64,000 bases of DNA from assembly GCA_023954855.1 (NCBI GenBank), contig JAGSGY010000015.1, positions 8,553 to 72,552 of the forward strand. The letters run 5' to 3'. Within the stretch, counting starts at the first letter, position 1; every line of letters begins with the position of its first letter. This document shows, piece after piece, positions 9,267 to 18,900 of the stretch. Source of the DNA: Pseudomonadota bacterium (GTDB lineage Bacteria > Myxococcota_A > UBA796 > GCA-2862545). The notes under the pieces were generated by a model. That model searched no databases. It worked only from the letters and a program-made list of their open reading frames with translations, and was not told where the DNA came from. The position numbers and the translations under genes are program-made.

Positions 9267-10898
9267 TCAACGCGGAGCGATGAGGCCCTGCACGTAGTCG
9301 CTCGGCGCCTTTAGACCGCAGAGTTCGATCACCGTAGCGGCGACGCTCGCGATGCCCGCATTCGGCGGTGGCTGCACGGTGAGACGGTCCGCGGCATCGA
9401 CGACGATGAACGGCACGGCCGAGAGTGTGTGTGAGGTCTTGGCCTGAGCACGGCCGCTTTCGTCGTGCATGACCGCACCCTTCTTGTCGCGCATCCACAT
9501 CTCATCGCAGTTGCCGTGGTCAGCCGTAATCAGCAGGGTGCCCCCCGCTTTACGCACCGCATCTTCGAGAATTCGGACTTCTCGGTCGACGATCTCCATC
9601 GCGATGCGTGCGGCCTCGAGGTCACCGGTGTGGCCGACCATGTCGCCGTTGGCGTAGTTGAGCCGCAGATGGTCGAAGCGTCCACGCGAGATCGCGTCGA
9701 CTGCCTTCAGGGTGATGTCGGCCGCGCTCATCCACGGGCGGCGCTCGAACGGGACCACCATGGAGGGGACCTCGACATACTCCTCGAGCTTGGGGTCGAT
9801 GAGGCCGGACTGGTTGCCGTTGAAGAAGTAGGTCACGTGACCGAACTTCTGGGTCTCGGAGCAGGCAAAGCTCTGCTTGCCGTTGGCGACCAGGTACTCC
9901 CCAAGGGTGCGGTCGATGGCCGGCGGGGGCACGAGGAACTGCGAGGGCAGCATCAAGTCGCCGTCGTACTGCATCATGCCGGCGTAGAAGACCTTCGGAA
10001 TCGGGCCACGCTCGAAGCTGTCGAGGTCGGCGTCCTCGAAGGCACGGGTGATCTCGATCGCGCGGTCGCCGCGGAAGTTGAAGAACAGCACGCTGTCGCC
10101 ATCCTCGATGCGGCCTACCGGCTGTCCGTTCTCGGCGATGACGAAGGCGGGGAGCCACTGATCATCGACCTCGGCATCCTCTGCGTAGAGCGTGCGCACC
10201 GCCTCGGAGGCCGAGGCAAACTGCCGGCCGTCGCCGCGCACGTGCGTGGCCCATCCGCGGGCGACCATGTCCCACTCGGCTTCGTAGCGGTCCATCGTCA
10301 GGAACATGCGCCCGCCACCTGAGGCGATGCGGTAGTCGCGGCCGTCAGCACGGTGCGAGGCCAGAGCTTGCTCGAGCGGCTCGATGTAGGTGAGGGCCGA
10401 CTTTCGTGCGACATCCCGGCCGTCGGTGAGCACGTGCACCCGAAGGCGCGACACGCCGTCCGATGCGGCCCGCCGAATCATGGTGTGCAGGTGGTCGACG
10501 TGGCTGTGCACATTGCCGTCGGAGAGCAGGCCGATCAGGTGCAGCGTGCGGCCTTCGCAGAGGCCGCGCCAGACATCGGTCTTCCAGGCCATGCCCGACG
10601 CGAGAGCGTCTTCGACGAGCTTGGCACCTTGATCGAAGACCCGGCCCGCGCCGAGGGCGTTGTGACCGACCTCGCTGTTGCCCATGTCCTTGTCGGTTGG
10701 CAAGCCCACCGCCTTACCGTGGGCCCGGAGCGACGTGTGAGGGCAGGTGGCCAGCAAGCGGTCGAGATTGGGGGTGCGCGACGAGGCCCAGGCGTCGTCT
10801 TCGCCGCCGGCTCCAATGCCGACGCCATCGAGGATCGCAAGTACGACGGGGCCGGTTCGGCCGGCGAACTGTGGGTGGGCTTCGAGCTCGAGTGCCAA
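9267..10898 (-). CDS. gpmI: 2,3-bisphosphoglycerate-independent phosphoglycerate mutase
   Basis: PVVLAILDGVG..., metal-binding and phosphoserine motifs, ~545 aa. Track start GTG 10919 lacks an SD. TTG at 10896-10898 is preceded by GGAGG (4-nt spacer), so it is preferred. Confidence 0.93.
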   Translation of the reverse strand: MALELEAHPQFAGRTGPVVLAILDGVGIGAGGEDDAWASSRTPNLDRLLATCPHTSLRAHGKAVGLPTDKDMGNSEVGHNALGAGRVFDQGAKLVEDALASGMAWKTDVWRGLCEGRTLHLIGLLSDGNVHSHVDHLHTMIRRAASDGVSRLRVHVLTDGRDVARKSALTYIEPLEQALASHRADGRDYRIASGGGRMFLTMDRYEAEWDMVARGWATHVRGDGRQFASASEAVRTLYAEDAEVDDQWLPAFVIAENGQPVGRIEDGDSVLFFNFRGDRAIEITRAFEDADLDSFERGPIPKVFYAGMMQYDGDLMLPSQFLVPPPAIDRTLGEYLVANGKQSFACSETQKFGHVTYFFNGNQSGLIDPKLEEYVEVPSMVVPFERRPWMSAADITLKAVDAISRGRFDHLRLNYANGDMVGHTGDLEAARIAMEIVDREVRILEDAVRKAGGTLLITADHGNCDEMWMRDKKGAVMHDESGRAQAKTSHTLSAVPFIVVDAADRLTVQPPPNAGIASVAATVIELCGLKAPSDYVQGLIAPR

Positions 10899-10949
10899 CG
10901 CGCCTCCAGGCCCTCGCACTAACGCGCGACGCGGGCTAATTGCGCCTCT

Positions 10950-11537
10950 ATGTCACTTCTCCTCCTGCTACTCGCCTGCGGTACCCAGCCCGAGCTCGCG
11001 CCGATCGAGCCAGGGGCTGCAGCTCCCGGCGAGCTCGTCGAGGTCGAGGGCACAGCGTTCGGTGAAGATCCGCGCGCCTTCCTTGAGCAGGGCGACGACC
11101 AGATTGCGCTCGCGCTTGCCGAGCACTCCGACACGCGCATCGTCGCGCAGATCCCCCGTGCGACGGAGCTCGGGGACTACCAGCTCGTGGTGTCTTCCGA
11201 CGTCGGACGCTCCGGCCAGCCGCTCGTTGTGGTGGCTGCGGACCTCGAGCGTGGCTGTCACGGGATCTACCAGGCCGACAACCGCGTGGCACGCGGCGTG
11301 GCCACACTCTCTCGCACCTTCCGCGATGGACGCGAGACCGTCGAAGAGATTCCGGTGGCCCAGATCGAGTCAGTGCTGACGACCAGTCGCGCCCTCGACG
11401 AGACGAAGAAGTGCTCCGCGGTGTACCTGGTGACCGAAGACGGCATGCGCCTGTTCATGGATCAGGTGGATGCCGACTTGTCGGTGCGCGCGCAACGGCT
11501 CGCGTCGGCCCTCGGTGTGAAGCTGATCGAGGGCTAG
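10950..11537 (+). CDS. Lipoprotein, hypothetical
   Basis: MSLLLLLLACGTQPE signal peptide with lipobox; 195 aa; hairpin GGCGAAA-loop-TTTCGCC at 11576-11595 downstream. Confidence 0.7.
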   Translation: MSLLLLLLACGTQPELAPIEPGAAAPGELVEVEGTAFGEDPRAFLEQGDDQIALALAEHSDTRIVAQIPRATELGDYQLVVSSDVGRSGQPLVVVAADLERGCHGIYQADNRVARGVATLSRTFRDGRETVEEIPVAQIESVLTTSRALDETKKCSAVYLVTEDGMRLFMDQVDADLSVRAQRLASALGVKLIEG

Positions 11538-11734
11538 CTTCCGGCGATATTGCCGAACAGGCGTGATGAAATTGAGGCGAAAAAAAAGTTTCGCCGCATA
11601 GTCCAGGGCTGATGCGGGCAACTTGCGGAGGTGCACTACGGTGCACTTGTGGTCCTGTGCGGGATGGGTTGTATGCGCTGCTTCCCTCGGTGAACGCGTT
11701 TGCTGCGTCGCTCACCCAAAATCAGGATGTAAAC

Positions 11735-12763
11735 ATGCTTTCTCGGATTCTTGGAGTGGTGGCTCTCGCTGCCAGCACCTCGGCTGTGGCCGCGCCTGTC
11801 ACCGCCTACGACTACTTCCCTCTCGAAGAGGGCAACACCTGGGTCTACGCGACCGACAACCAGGGCTACCTGGTCGACACCGAGGTCGCCGTCATCAGCG
11901 CCTCGAACGAGGCCTACCTGGGTGGCGGCTGGTACGTGAACGAGGTCACCGGGCTGTTCGGCGCCCCTCACGACGTCTACGACCACGCCAACCGGAGCAC
12001 CATGTGGCTGTACAACAGCGGCTGGCAGCACGTCTTCGACTTCGACGCCCCCGTCGGCGCGTCGTGGTCCATGGATGCTGGCGCCTGCGATACCTACGAC
12101 GTCACCGTGCGTCCCGCGGGCACGGCGACCACGCCGGCCGGTGAGTTCGCAGACCTCGTCGACTTCGGCTTCACCCAGATTCCCGATGCCAACGTGCGCT
12201 GCGCGGGCCCCGGCCTGTCTCAGGTTCGCTTTGCGCCCGGCATCGGCCCGGTCGACTTCAGCGCCAACAACCGCAAGGCACACCTGCTCTACGCCCGCGT
12301 CAACGGTGCGGTCGCCGCCTCGGGTCCCCGCGTCACGCGCACCCTCGACGGCATCGAGACGAGCATTGTGCTCACCGAAGATGCGCTCACCCAGCCCCAC
12401 GGCGTGTACTGCTTCACCACCCCGTGCCCGCAGCCCGTCGCTGAGCTCGGCTTCGCCTTCGTGCTCACCAACGTGTCGAGCACGGCGCAGACTCTGAACT
12501 TCACAAGCGGCCAGCGCTTCGAGATCGACCTGTTCGATGGCGAGGGTGCGAACGTGCTGTCGTGGAGTGACAACCAGTTCTTCACCCAGGCCACTTCCAC
12601 CGTGACGCTCGCTGCGGGCCAGACCGAGGTGTTCTACGGCACCCTCGACATCGGCATCGACGGCGCGCAGATCACCGGCGACTTCCAGGCCGTTGGCTAC
12701 ATGGTCAACACCGAGGGTGCCGGCAAGCAGGCCATCGACTTCACGGTCGCTCCGGCCCAGTAG
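11735..12763 (+). CDS. Secreted protein with C-terminal BsuPI-like (intracellular proteinase inhibitor) domain
   Basis: Start at MLSRILGVVALAASTSAVAAP (signal peptide; SD AGGATG upstream). C-terminal ~100 aa FVLTNVSSTAQTLNFTSGQRFEIDLFDGEGANVLSWSDNQFFTQATSTVTLAAGQTEVFYG fits the BsuPI beta-sandwich pattern. Confidence 0.7.
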   Translation: MLSRILGVVALAASTSAVAAPVTAYDYFPLEEGNTWVYATDNQGYLVDTEVAVISASNEAYLGGGWYVNEVTGLFGAPHDVYDHANRSTMWLYNSGWQHVFDFDAPVGASWSMDAGACDTYDVTVRPAGTATTPAGEFADLVDFGFTQIPDANVRCAGPGLSQVRFAPGIGPVDFSANNRKAHLLYARVNGAVAASGPRVTRTLDGIETSIVLTEDALTQPHGVYCFTTPCPQPVAELGFAFVLTNVSSTAQTLNFTSGQRFEIDLFDGEGANVLSWSDNQFFTQATSTVTLAAGQTEVFYGTLDIGIDGAQITGDFQAVGYMVNTEGAGKQAIDFTVAPAQ

Positions 12764-12856
12764 TTCCCTTCGTGACCCGCGTTCGCGTGGGTCGAGGCGG
12801 CTGGAAGACGGGCGGAATCCGCGATGGAGGTCGTGGATTCGTGCCAGAGTGGGCGC

Positions 12857-14482
12857 ATGCGATCGCTCCCCCTTCTGCTGTTTGTCGCCTGCCAGCCGTC
12901 GTCACCGGATGCGTTGCCCGAGCCTCACCCTCCGGCGACCTATCCGGTGACCGAGGCGCCCTACACCACGCTTCAAGGGGTGTGGGCGCCCATCTCTCCC
13001 GACGCGGCCACCGAGGCCGCGATCGACGCCGACGAGCTGACGACTCGCGATCACGCCCAGTTTGGCGACTGGACCCTTGGGGTCGAGTGGACCGACGGCA
13101 ACCCGTGGACGGAGCGCGTCGAGCTGGCTCCTGCCTTCTCTCTCGGGACCGAGCGACGGTCGCTTGCCTGGGTCTGGCAGCTCGCCGATCCGCAGCTGAT
13201 CGACGAGGAGTCTCCAATCCGACTCGAGGCCTTCGAGCCGCTGTACCGGCCGCATGGGCACCTGTCGGTGCAGATCCTCGAGGCGCATGTGCGCACGGCT
13301 GACAAGCTGGCCCAGGCCACGCGCCCCTTCGACTTCGCCTTGTTCGCCGGTGACCTGACTGACTCGTCGCAGTCCAACGAGATGGACTGGTTTCTCACCG
13401 CCATCGCTGGTGGCGACATCAATCCCGATTCGGGCGCGGACGACGACCCGGTTCCAGGACCTGGCAACGACTACAACGACCCGTTCACCTCGGTCGGACT
13501 GGCCGCGCCTTGGTACGCGGTGCTCGGCAACCACGATGCCCTTCACATAGGTGGCTTCGGCGAGATCGACGAGGCACTGGTCCAAGGTGCGCAAGGGGCC
13601 GAGGCCTTCGAGCACGAATACCTGCCGACCGGCTGGCTGGACGGTTCCACAACCGACGCGGCGCTCGTGACCGACGGCTCCACACCGAGAGACCCCCAGC
13701 GCCGGCCGCTTCGCGACGTCGAGATGCTCCAGCGCTTGCACGAAGCCGACGGCCTGCCCGAAGGTCATGGACTGACGGCCGCCGCGGTGGAGGAGGGCAG
13801 GGGGTACTACTCGGTGCTGCCCATGGCTCCGAAGCCTATTCGCCTGATTGGGCTACACACCGTCGACTCGAGTGTGGTGGTGCCGCAAGGAGTGATGGAC
13901 GAGGCGCAGCTCGAGTGGCTTCAAGAGGAGCTCGCCGCCGCTGAGGCCGCCAACGAGATGGTGATCGTGATGTCCCATCACCGAGCAGTGGACTTTGCGG
14001 GTGCGAGTCCGGTGTCGGGCGATGCGCTTGCTGCAACGCTTGCGGCGTCAGACGCGGTCGCGGTTCACGTGGTCGGGCACGGGCACAGCAACACCGTCGA
14101 CATCTACTCGGATGAGCAGATTCCCCACGGCTACTACGAGCTGATGATGGCCTCGACCGTCGACTTCCCCATGCAGAGTCGGCTGCTCGAGTTTGTCGAC
14201 GAGGGCAACGGCTACCTCTCGATCTACGCGACCAACGTCGACCACAACAGCCTCGAGGACAGCCTGGCCCACCACGGCCGCTTCATCGCCGCGGCGCGGC
14301 TCGCATTCCCAGGCCTGGGCTCGGTCGGCGACATCGCGGACTACTGGCGTGGCGAGCTCGAGGACCAGAACCTGTTGCTGCGCGTGCCGATCCCAGACCG
14401 CGTGCGCGATGAACTCGACAAGCACGAATGGTCTGCCGCGATCGAGAGCGAGACTTCGCTGCTGGCCCTCACCGCTCCCTAG
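12857..14482 (+). CDS. Lipoprotein metallophosphoesterase (calcineurin-like phosphoesterase)
   Basis: MRSLPLLLFVACQ lipoprotein signal. Metallophos motifs ALFAGDLTD, LGNHD, VMSHH, VVGHGH. Confidence 0.8.
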   Translation: MRSLPLLLFVACQPSSPDALPEPHPPATYPVTEAPYTTLQGVWAPISPDAATEAAIDADELTTRDHAQFGDWTLGVEWTDGNPWTERVELAPAFSLGTERRSLAWVWQLADPQLIDEESPIRLEAFEPLYRPHGHLSVQILEAHVRTADKLAQATRPFDFALFAGDLTDSSQSNEMDWFLTAIAGGDINPDSGADDDPVPGPGNDYNDPFTSVGLAAPWYAVLGNHDALHIGGFGEIDEALVQGAQGAEAFEHEYLPTGWLDGSTTDAALVTDGSTPRDPQRRPLRDVEMLQRLHEADGLPEGHGLTAAAVEEGRGYYSVLPMAPKPIRLIGLHTVDSSVVVPQGVMDEAQLEWLQEELAAAEAANEMVIVMSHHRAVDFAGASPVSGDALAATLAASDAVAVHVVGHGHSNTVDIYSDEQIPHGYYELMMASTVDFPMQSRLLEFVDEGNGYLSIYATNVDHNSLEDSLAHHGRFIAAARLAFPGLGSVGDIADYWRGELEDQNLLLRVPIPDRVRDELDKHEWSAAIESETSLLALTAP

Positions 14483-14495
14483 CGAAGGAAGGCTT

Positions 14496-14538
14496 GTTGA
14501 ATCAAGTTCAATAGGATATCACTATTGAACGAGGTTCA
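14496..14538 (+). promoter_or_regulatory. Tandem palindromic operator sites (TTGAA-N5-TTCAA x2) upstream of tetR
   Basis: TTGAATCAAGTTCAA (14496-14510) and TTGAACGAGGTTCAA (14524-14538) flank a central GATATC. AT-rich relative to genome. Immediately precede the TetR start codon at 14541. Confidence 0.55.
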
Positions 14539-14540
14539 AT

Positions 14541-15116
14541 ATGGCCCAGCGACTCTCCACTGACACCCGGCGCGCAGAGCTGCTCGATGTCGGCTTGCGT
14601 GTGTTTGGTGACCAACCCTACGAGGCCGTCAAGCTCGACGCCATCGCCGCATCGGCCGGCATCTCGAAGGGGCTGCTCTACCACTACTTCAAAGGCAAGC
14701 GAGCCTTCTATCTGGCGACGCTCCGCGAGGTGAGCGAGCGCATGCTCGTCGCCACCGAGGTCGACCCCGCACTTCCGATCGACCAGGCCATCGCCAAGAC
14801 CTTGCGGGCGTTTCTGACCTATATCCGCGACAACAGCCGGCTCTATCTTGCGCTGCTTCGCGGTGGTGCGGGAGTGGACCCCGACGCGGTGCTGTTGGTC
14901 GAGGAGGTTCGGAACACCGAGCTGCGCCGCATTGCCTCCGCCTTGGGGCACCCGAAACCCAGTCCCCAGCTCGAGCTCGCGCTGTACGGCTTCATTGGTC
15001 TCGCTGAGGCCGTGGGCGCGAGGTTCATCACAGAGGGGCACGACGAAGATGCGGTCCTCTCCCTGCTCATCGACAGTCTGGGCGCCATCGTCGCCCGCGA
15101 GGTGGCCCATGCCTGA
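14541..15116 (+). CDS. TetR/AcrR-family transcriptional regulator
   Basis: N-terminal HTH RRAELLDVGLRVFGDQPYEAVKLDAIAASAGISKGLLYHYFKGKRAFY is a classic TetR_N signature. Confidence 0.9.
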   Translation: MAQRLSTDTRRAELLDVGLRVFGDQPYEAVKLDAIAASAGISKGLLYHYFKGKRAFYLATLREVSERMLVATEVDPALPIDQAIAKTLRAFLTYIRDNSRLYLALLRGGAGVDPDAVLLVEEVRNTELRRIASALGHPKPSPQLELALYGFIGLAEAVGARFITEGHDEDAVLSLLIDSLGAIVAREVAHA

Positions 15117-15939
15117 GTGGAAGAAGCACACTGGATTTGTCGCGGTCCCCACCCTCCTGTTGGCCATCGCGGTGGGGGTCGGTCACGTTGGGATCTGGCT
15201 CGCGGTGGCGGGCGGCTTGCCGCTCTGGGTCGGGCTCGTCGTGAACACCGTCCTCGCCTACGCCGCGTTCACGCCGATTCACGAGGCCGTCCACGGAAAT
15301 GTTGGCGGCGGCCGTGCCTGGCTCGATCGCTTGGTCGGGTGGACCCTCTCGCCGATGTTGCTGGGTGCGTTTCCGACCTTCAAGTTGATTCACCTTCGTC
15401 ACCACGGGCACACGAACCATCCCGAGAAGGACCCAGACTTCTGGGTGGCGGGCTCGAATCCCCTCAGCATCGTGTTGCGCTGCTGGACGTTGCTTCCGCA
15501 CTACTACCTGCAGATCTTGGGGCCACTCCGCTCGGAGCGGGCCACCCAGAAGGTGTTGGGCCAGACCCTCGCGATGGTGGTGCTCATGGCGTTGGCGGGG
15601 GCCGCGCTGACGGCCGTTGGGCTCGGCACCGAGGTGGTGGCGCTCTGGCTGGTGCCCGCGTGGCTCGCAAGTGGGGTGCTGGCCTTGGTCTTCGACTGGC
15701 TGCCGCATGTGCCTCATGCCGCTCGTGGGCGCTATGTCGACACCCGAGCCATCGTGCTTCCCGGCCTCGAGTGGCTCACGTTCTGGCAGAGCCTCCACCT
15801 GGTGCACCATCTGTACCCGCGCGTCGTGTTCTACAGGTATGGAGTGGTGTTTCGCGCCATTCGTGAGGAGGCCGAGGCCAAGGGCGCGCCGATTGTCGAT
15901 GTTCCCGAGTGGCTCGCTGGGCGGGAGCAGCCGGTCTAG
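15109..15939 (+). CDS. Membrane fatty-acid-desaturase-family protein with CrtW (beta-carotene ketolase)-like His boxes
   Basis: ATG overlaps tetR stop (ATGCCTGA). His boxes HEAVHG, HLRHHGHTNHPEKDPDF, HLVHHLYP. ~276 aa with 4 TM segments. Resembles CrtW-type ketolases/desaturases. Confidence 0.8.
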   Translation: MPEWKKHTGFVAVPTLLLAIAVGVGHVGIWLAVAGGLPLWVGLVVNTVLAYAAFTPIHEAVHGNVGGGRAWLDRLVGWTLSPMLLGAFPTFKLIHLRHHGHTNHPEKDPDFWVAGSNPLSIVLRCWTLLPHYYLQILGPLRSERATQKVLGQTLAMVVLMALAGAALTAVGLGTEVVALWLVPAWLASGVLALVFDWLPHVPHAARGRYVDTRAIVLPGLEWLTFWQSLHLVHHLYPRVVFYRYGVVFRAIREEAEAKGAPIVDVPEWLAGREQPV

Positions 15940-16013
15940 TCCCGCTCCCAGACCGGGTTCGGGTTCTCGAGTTTCGCTGAGCACCGGGTAGGGTGGTTTC
16001 AACGGGAGCAGAG

Positions 16014-16955
16014 ATGAGCCGTGTTGCGGTCGCGCAGGCAGCGCCAGTTTGGTTGGATCGGGCCTCGGCGACGGCCCAGGCGGTCAAGAGCATCGAGCAG
16101 GCGGCTGCGGGCGGAGCCGAGTTGGTGATGTTTCCCGAGGCCTACCTTCCCGGCTATCCGACGTGGATCTGGCGTCTTCGGCCCGGCGGAGACATGGCTT
16201 TGACGACGGACATCCACCGGCGCCTCATCGATAATGCTGTCGACCTGAGCAAAGGCCACCTCGACCCACTCCGCGACGCGGCAAGGAAGCACGGTGTCGT
16301 CGTTTCCGTGGGGATGACCGAGCGCGACTCGGAGTATTCGCGGGGCACGTTGTTCAACGCGAACACTTTGATCGGGCCCGACGGCGAGGTGCTCAACCAC
16401 TACCGGAAGATGATGCCAACCAATCCCGAGCGCATGGTCTGGGGCATGGGCAATGCATCGGGCCTCAAGGTCGTCGAGACTCCCGTTGGCCGGGTGGGGG
16501 TGCTCATCTGCTGGGGCAACTTCATGCCACTCGCCAGGTACACCCTGTACTCCCAGGGCCTCGAGATCCTGCTTTCTCCGACCTGGGACGCGGGCGAGGG
16601 ATGGCTGGGATCGATGCGGCACATTGCGCGTGAGGGACGGTGCTGGGTGGTGAGCGCGGCTACCGCGGCGCAGAACAAGGACATTCCGGCCGACTTCCCA
16701 GGCCGGGGCCAGCTGTTCTCAGACGATGGTGAGGAGTGGATCAACCCTGGCGATGCTGTGGTGGTGAAACCAGGCGGCGAGGTGGTGGCCGGTCCACATC
16801 ACCGGCAGCGAGGCTTGCTCTTCGCGGAAGTCGACGCGAGTGAGGTGGCAGTGGCTCGCCGTAGTCTCGACGTCGCCGGTCACTATTCGCGCTCCGACAT
16901 CTTTCAATTGACCGTGCGCGATGGCGCAAACCCTCCAATCTCATCGAAGGACTGA
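16014..16955 (+). CDS. Nitrilase / carbon-nitrogen hydrolase family protein
   Basis: Catalytic triad context ELVMFPE, HYRKMMP, VLICWGNFMP (Cys in CW[EG]N motif); ~313 aa. Confidence 0.85.
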   Translation: MSRVAVAQAAPVWLDRASATAQAVKSIEQAAAGGAELVMFPEAYLPGYPTWIWRLRPGGDMALTTDIHRRLIDNAVDLSKGHLDPLRDAARKHGVVVSVGMTERDSEYSRGTLFNANTLIGPDGEVLNHYRKMMPTNPERMVWGMGNASGLKVVETPVGRVGVLICWGNFMPLARYTLYSQGLEILLSPTWDAGEGWLGSMRHIAREGRCWVVSAATAAQNKDIPADFPGRGQLFSDDGEEWINPGDAVVVKPGGEVVAGPHHRQRGLLFAEVDASEVAVARRSLDVAGHYSRSDIFQLTVRDGANPPISSKD

Positions 16956-16960
16956 CGGCT

Positions 16961-17647
16961 TTAGGCCGCTGGGTCTTGTCGGTAGTACTCGGCGAGCACC
17001 GCGTACAGCTCGGGCTCTTGCCGTTTCAGAGCAACGGGCTGCTCGAAGAAGGTCTCGGTAGCGACGGCAAAGAACTCTGCGGGATTCGTTCCCCCATACG
17101 CATCGAGCACGCTGCGCCGGCGCGCGGCGACGTCCCGCTGAAGTTCGGCAAAGGCATCGCCGAGGGCGCGTGCCCACGGGCCGTACTGGTCGGAGCGATG
17201 GAGTAGGGGAGCGCCGTTCGCGTGACCCGAGTCCTGGTCGAGCTGATGGGCGAACTCGTGAAGCACCACGTTCTTGCCGTCGTGGGGGTCTTCGGCCCCC
17301 GAGAGCACGTGTTTCCACGCGAGCACCACGAAGCCGCGTGAGCTCGACTCCCCCAGCCGGGAACTCGCACCCTCTGCGGCGACCAGGCCGTCGTAGCTGC
17401 GCACCTTCGCCCGGTAGGCGTCGGGGTAGACGCGGATGGCATCGACCCCGGGGTAGGGGCGCTCGGTCTCGAGCCCTAGGAGCAGTAGGCAGGCCTGGCC
17501 GGCAATGGTGACGCGGATGGTGTCGGTGATCTCCAGACCGCCGAGGCCCTCGAAGGACTTGTCGTCGAGAAAGACCTGAATCAGCCCCTCGAGCTTCTCG
17601 TGAGATGCGGTGTCGAGCCGGGCGGCGGCGGGGACGTGGGTGTGCAA
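16961..17647 (-). CDS. mtfA: MtfA-like zinc peptidase (M90 family)
   Basis: HEFAHQLD HExxH motif and overall MtfA/DUF980 architecture. Track start is TTG. Confidence 0.7.
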   Translation of the reverse strand: MHTHVPAAARLDTASHEKLEGLIQVFLDDKSFEGLGGLEITDTIRVTIAGQACLLLLGLETERPYPGVDAIRVYPDAYRAKVRSYDGLVAAEGASSRLGESSSRGFVVLAWKHVLSGAEDPHDGKNVVLHEFAHQLDQDSGHANGAPLLHRSDQYGPWARALGDAFAELQRDVAARRRSVLDAYGGTNPAEFFAVATETFFEQPVALKRQEPELYAVLAEYYRQDPAA

Positions 17648-17781
17648 GGCCGCGCGGAGGGAGGGGGCCAGCGGGGTGGTGCGTAGTCGGCGGCGTCGCG
17701 CCCGAACCCAGGGAAACCAGTCGGCGATAGCGCCCTCCTTGCTTGAACTGTATCCGGGTCAGAGCGCGTGCGACGGGGTCG

Positions 17782-18900
17782 ATGGAGGGGTTACATCGTC
17801 AGCCCCTCGACCCCCGCCTCCGGTGTTCCATGCGCGCGCTCGTCTACCTTCCCGATTCCCTCGATGACGCGCAGATCTGCGGCATCTCCGTGCGCGCGCT
17901 GTTATCGCGAACCTGCCGCGAGGCCGGCCTCGAGCCGAGCTTCAATGCCACCCGCGGCTCGGGTCCCGTGCTCGCCTTTGACGGGCGCTTCGTCTTGTTG
18001 GGGGCCGAGGCGCTGGCTGAGCACCTCGAGCGCGCCAGCGAGGGCGGCACCTTGGTCGACTGGGAGCGTCGGGCGATTGCGGTTCTCTCCCTTGAAGGTG
18101 ATGCCGACGACACGGCCGAGTCGCTGCTCGAGGCGGCACCCGGGCCCTCTCGTGAGCCCGATGCGGCGCACGAACCGTACGCGGCGGATGACCTGTGGGC
18201 GCTCACCCAGCTCACCCAGAGCTTTCACGCCAAGATCGTCGAGCGGCATGCCCGTGCGGGGGTCCGCTTCCTGGCTCCTGAGCGCGTGCTGATCGATGAG
18301 ACCGTCACCATCGCCAGTGGTGTGACTCTCTGGCCAGGCGTGGTCCTGCGCGGTTCCACCACCCTCGAAGCCGGTGCGGAGATTCAGGCCGGTGCGGTGC
18401 TGACCGACACGCTCGTGGGTGCAGGAGCCACGGTCAAGCCCTACACGGTCACCGAGAGCGCGCACATTGGCGCGGGCAGTGCCGTCGGTCCGATGGCGCA
18501 CCTGCGTCCCGGCGCTCACCTGGTCCAGGACAACAAGGTCGGCAACTTCGTCGAAGTGAAGAAGACCCGCATGGAGCGGGGCTCGAAGGCCTCTCACTTG
18601 ACCTATCTGGGCGATGCGTCGGTTGGCGAAGACGCGAACATCGGAGCCGGCACCATCACCTGCAACTACGACGGCTGGGGCAAGTACCCCACCAAGATCG
18701 GCGCCCGCGCGTTCATCGGCTCGAACAGCGCCCTCGTCGCTCCCATCTCCATTGGTGACGGTGCCATCGTCGGTGCAGGCTCGATTCTCTCGGCCGATGT
18801 TGCCGAGGATGCCCTCGCCGTCGAGCGCGGTGAGACCCGGATCCTGAAGGGATACGCGCCGCGCCTTCACCGCCGCAACAAGTCCAAGGCGGGCAAGTAA
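17782..18900 (+). CDS. GlmU-like left-handed beta-helix acetyltransferase with degenerate N-terminal domain
   Basis: C-terminal region [65 protein letters not shown] closely matches the GlmU acetyltransferase domain. Linker ([19 protein letters not shown]) also GlmU-like. N-terminal part lacks the LAGGxGTRM nucleotidyltransferase motif. Start uncertain (17743/17782/17830). Confidence 0.7.
   Translation: MEGLHRQPLDPRLRCSMRALVYLPDSLDDAQICGISVRALLSRTCREAGLEPSFNATRGSGPVLAFDGRFVLLGAEALAEHLERASEGGTLVDWERRAIAVLSLEGDADDTAESLLEAAPGPSREPDAAHEPYAADDLWALTQLTQSFHAKIVERHARAGVRFLAPERVLIDETVTIASGVTLWPGVVLRGSTTLEAGAEIQAGAVLTDTLVGAGATVKPYTVTESAHIGAGSAVGPMAHLRPGAHLVQDNKVGNFVEVKKTRMERGSKASHLTYLGDASVGEDANIGAGTITCNYDGWGKYPTKIGARAFIGSNSALVAPISIGDGAIVGAGSILSADVAEDALAVERGETRILKGYAPRLHRRNKSKAGK

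Noticed and set aside
9089-9283. Track ORF 9089..9283 (MRATKRRVCRSETRS...)
   Set aside because: Arg-rich frame. The alternative frame starting at GTG 9070 has the promoter, RBS and a more protein-like composition.
10896-10950. Possible overlapping divergent genes gpmI / lipoprotein
   Set aside because: Choosing the SD-supported TTG start for gpmI leaves a 51-nt divergent intergenic region. No true overlap.
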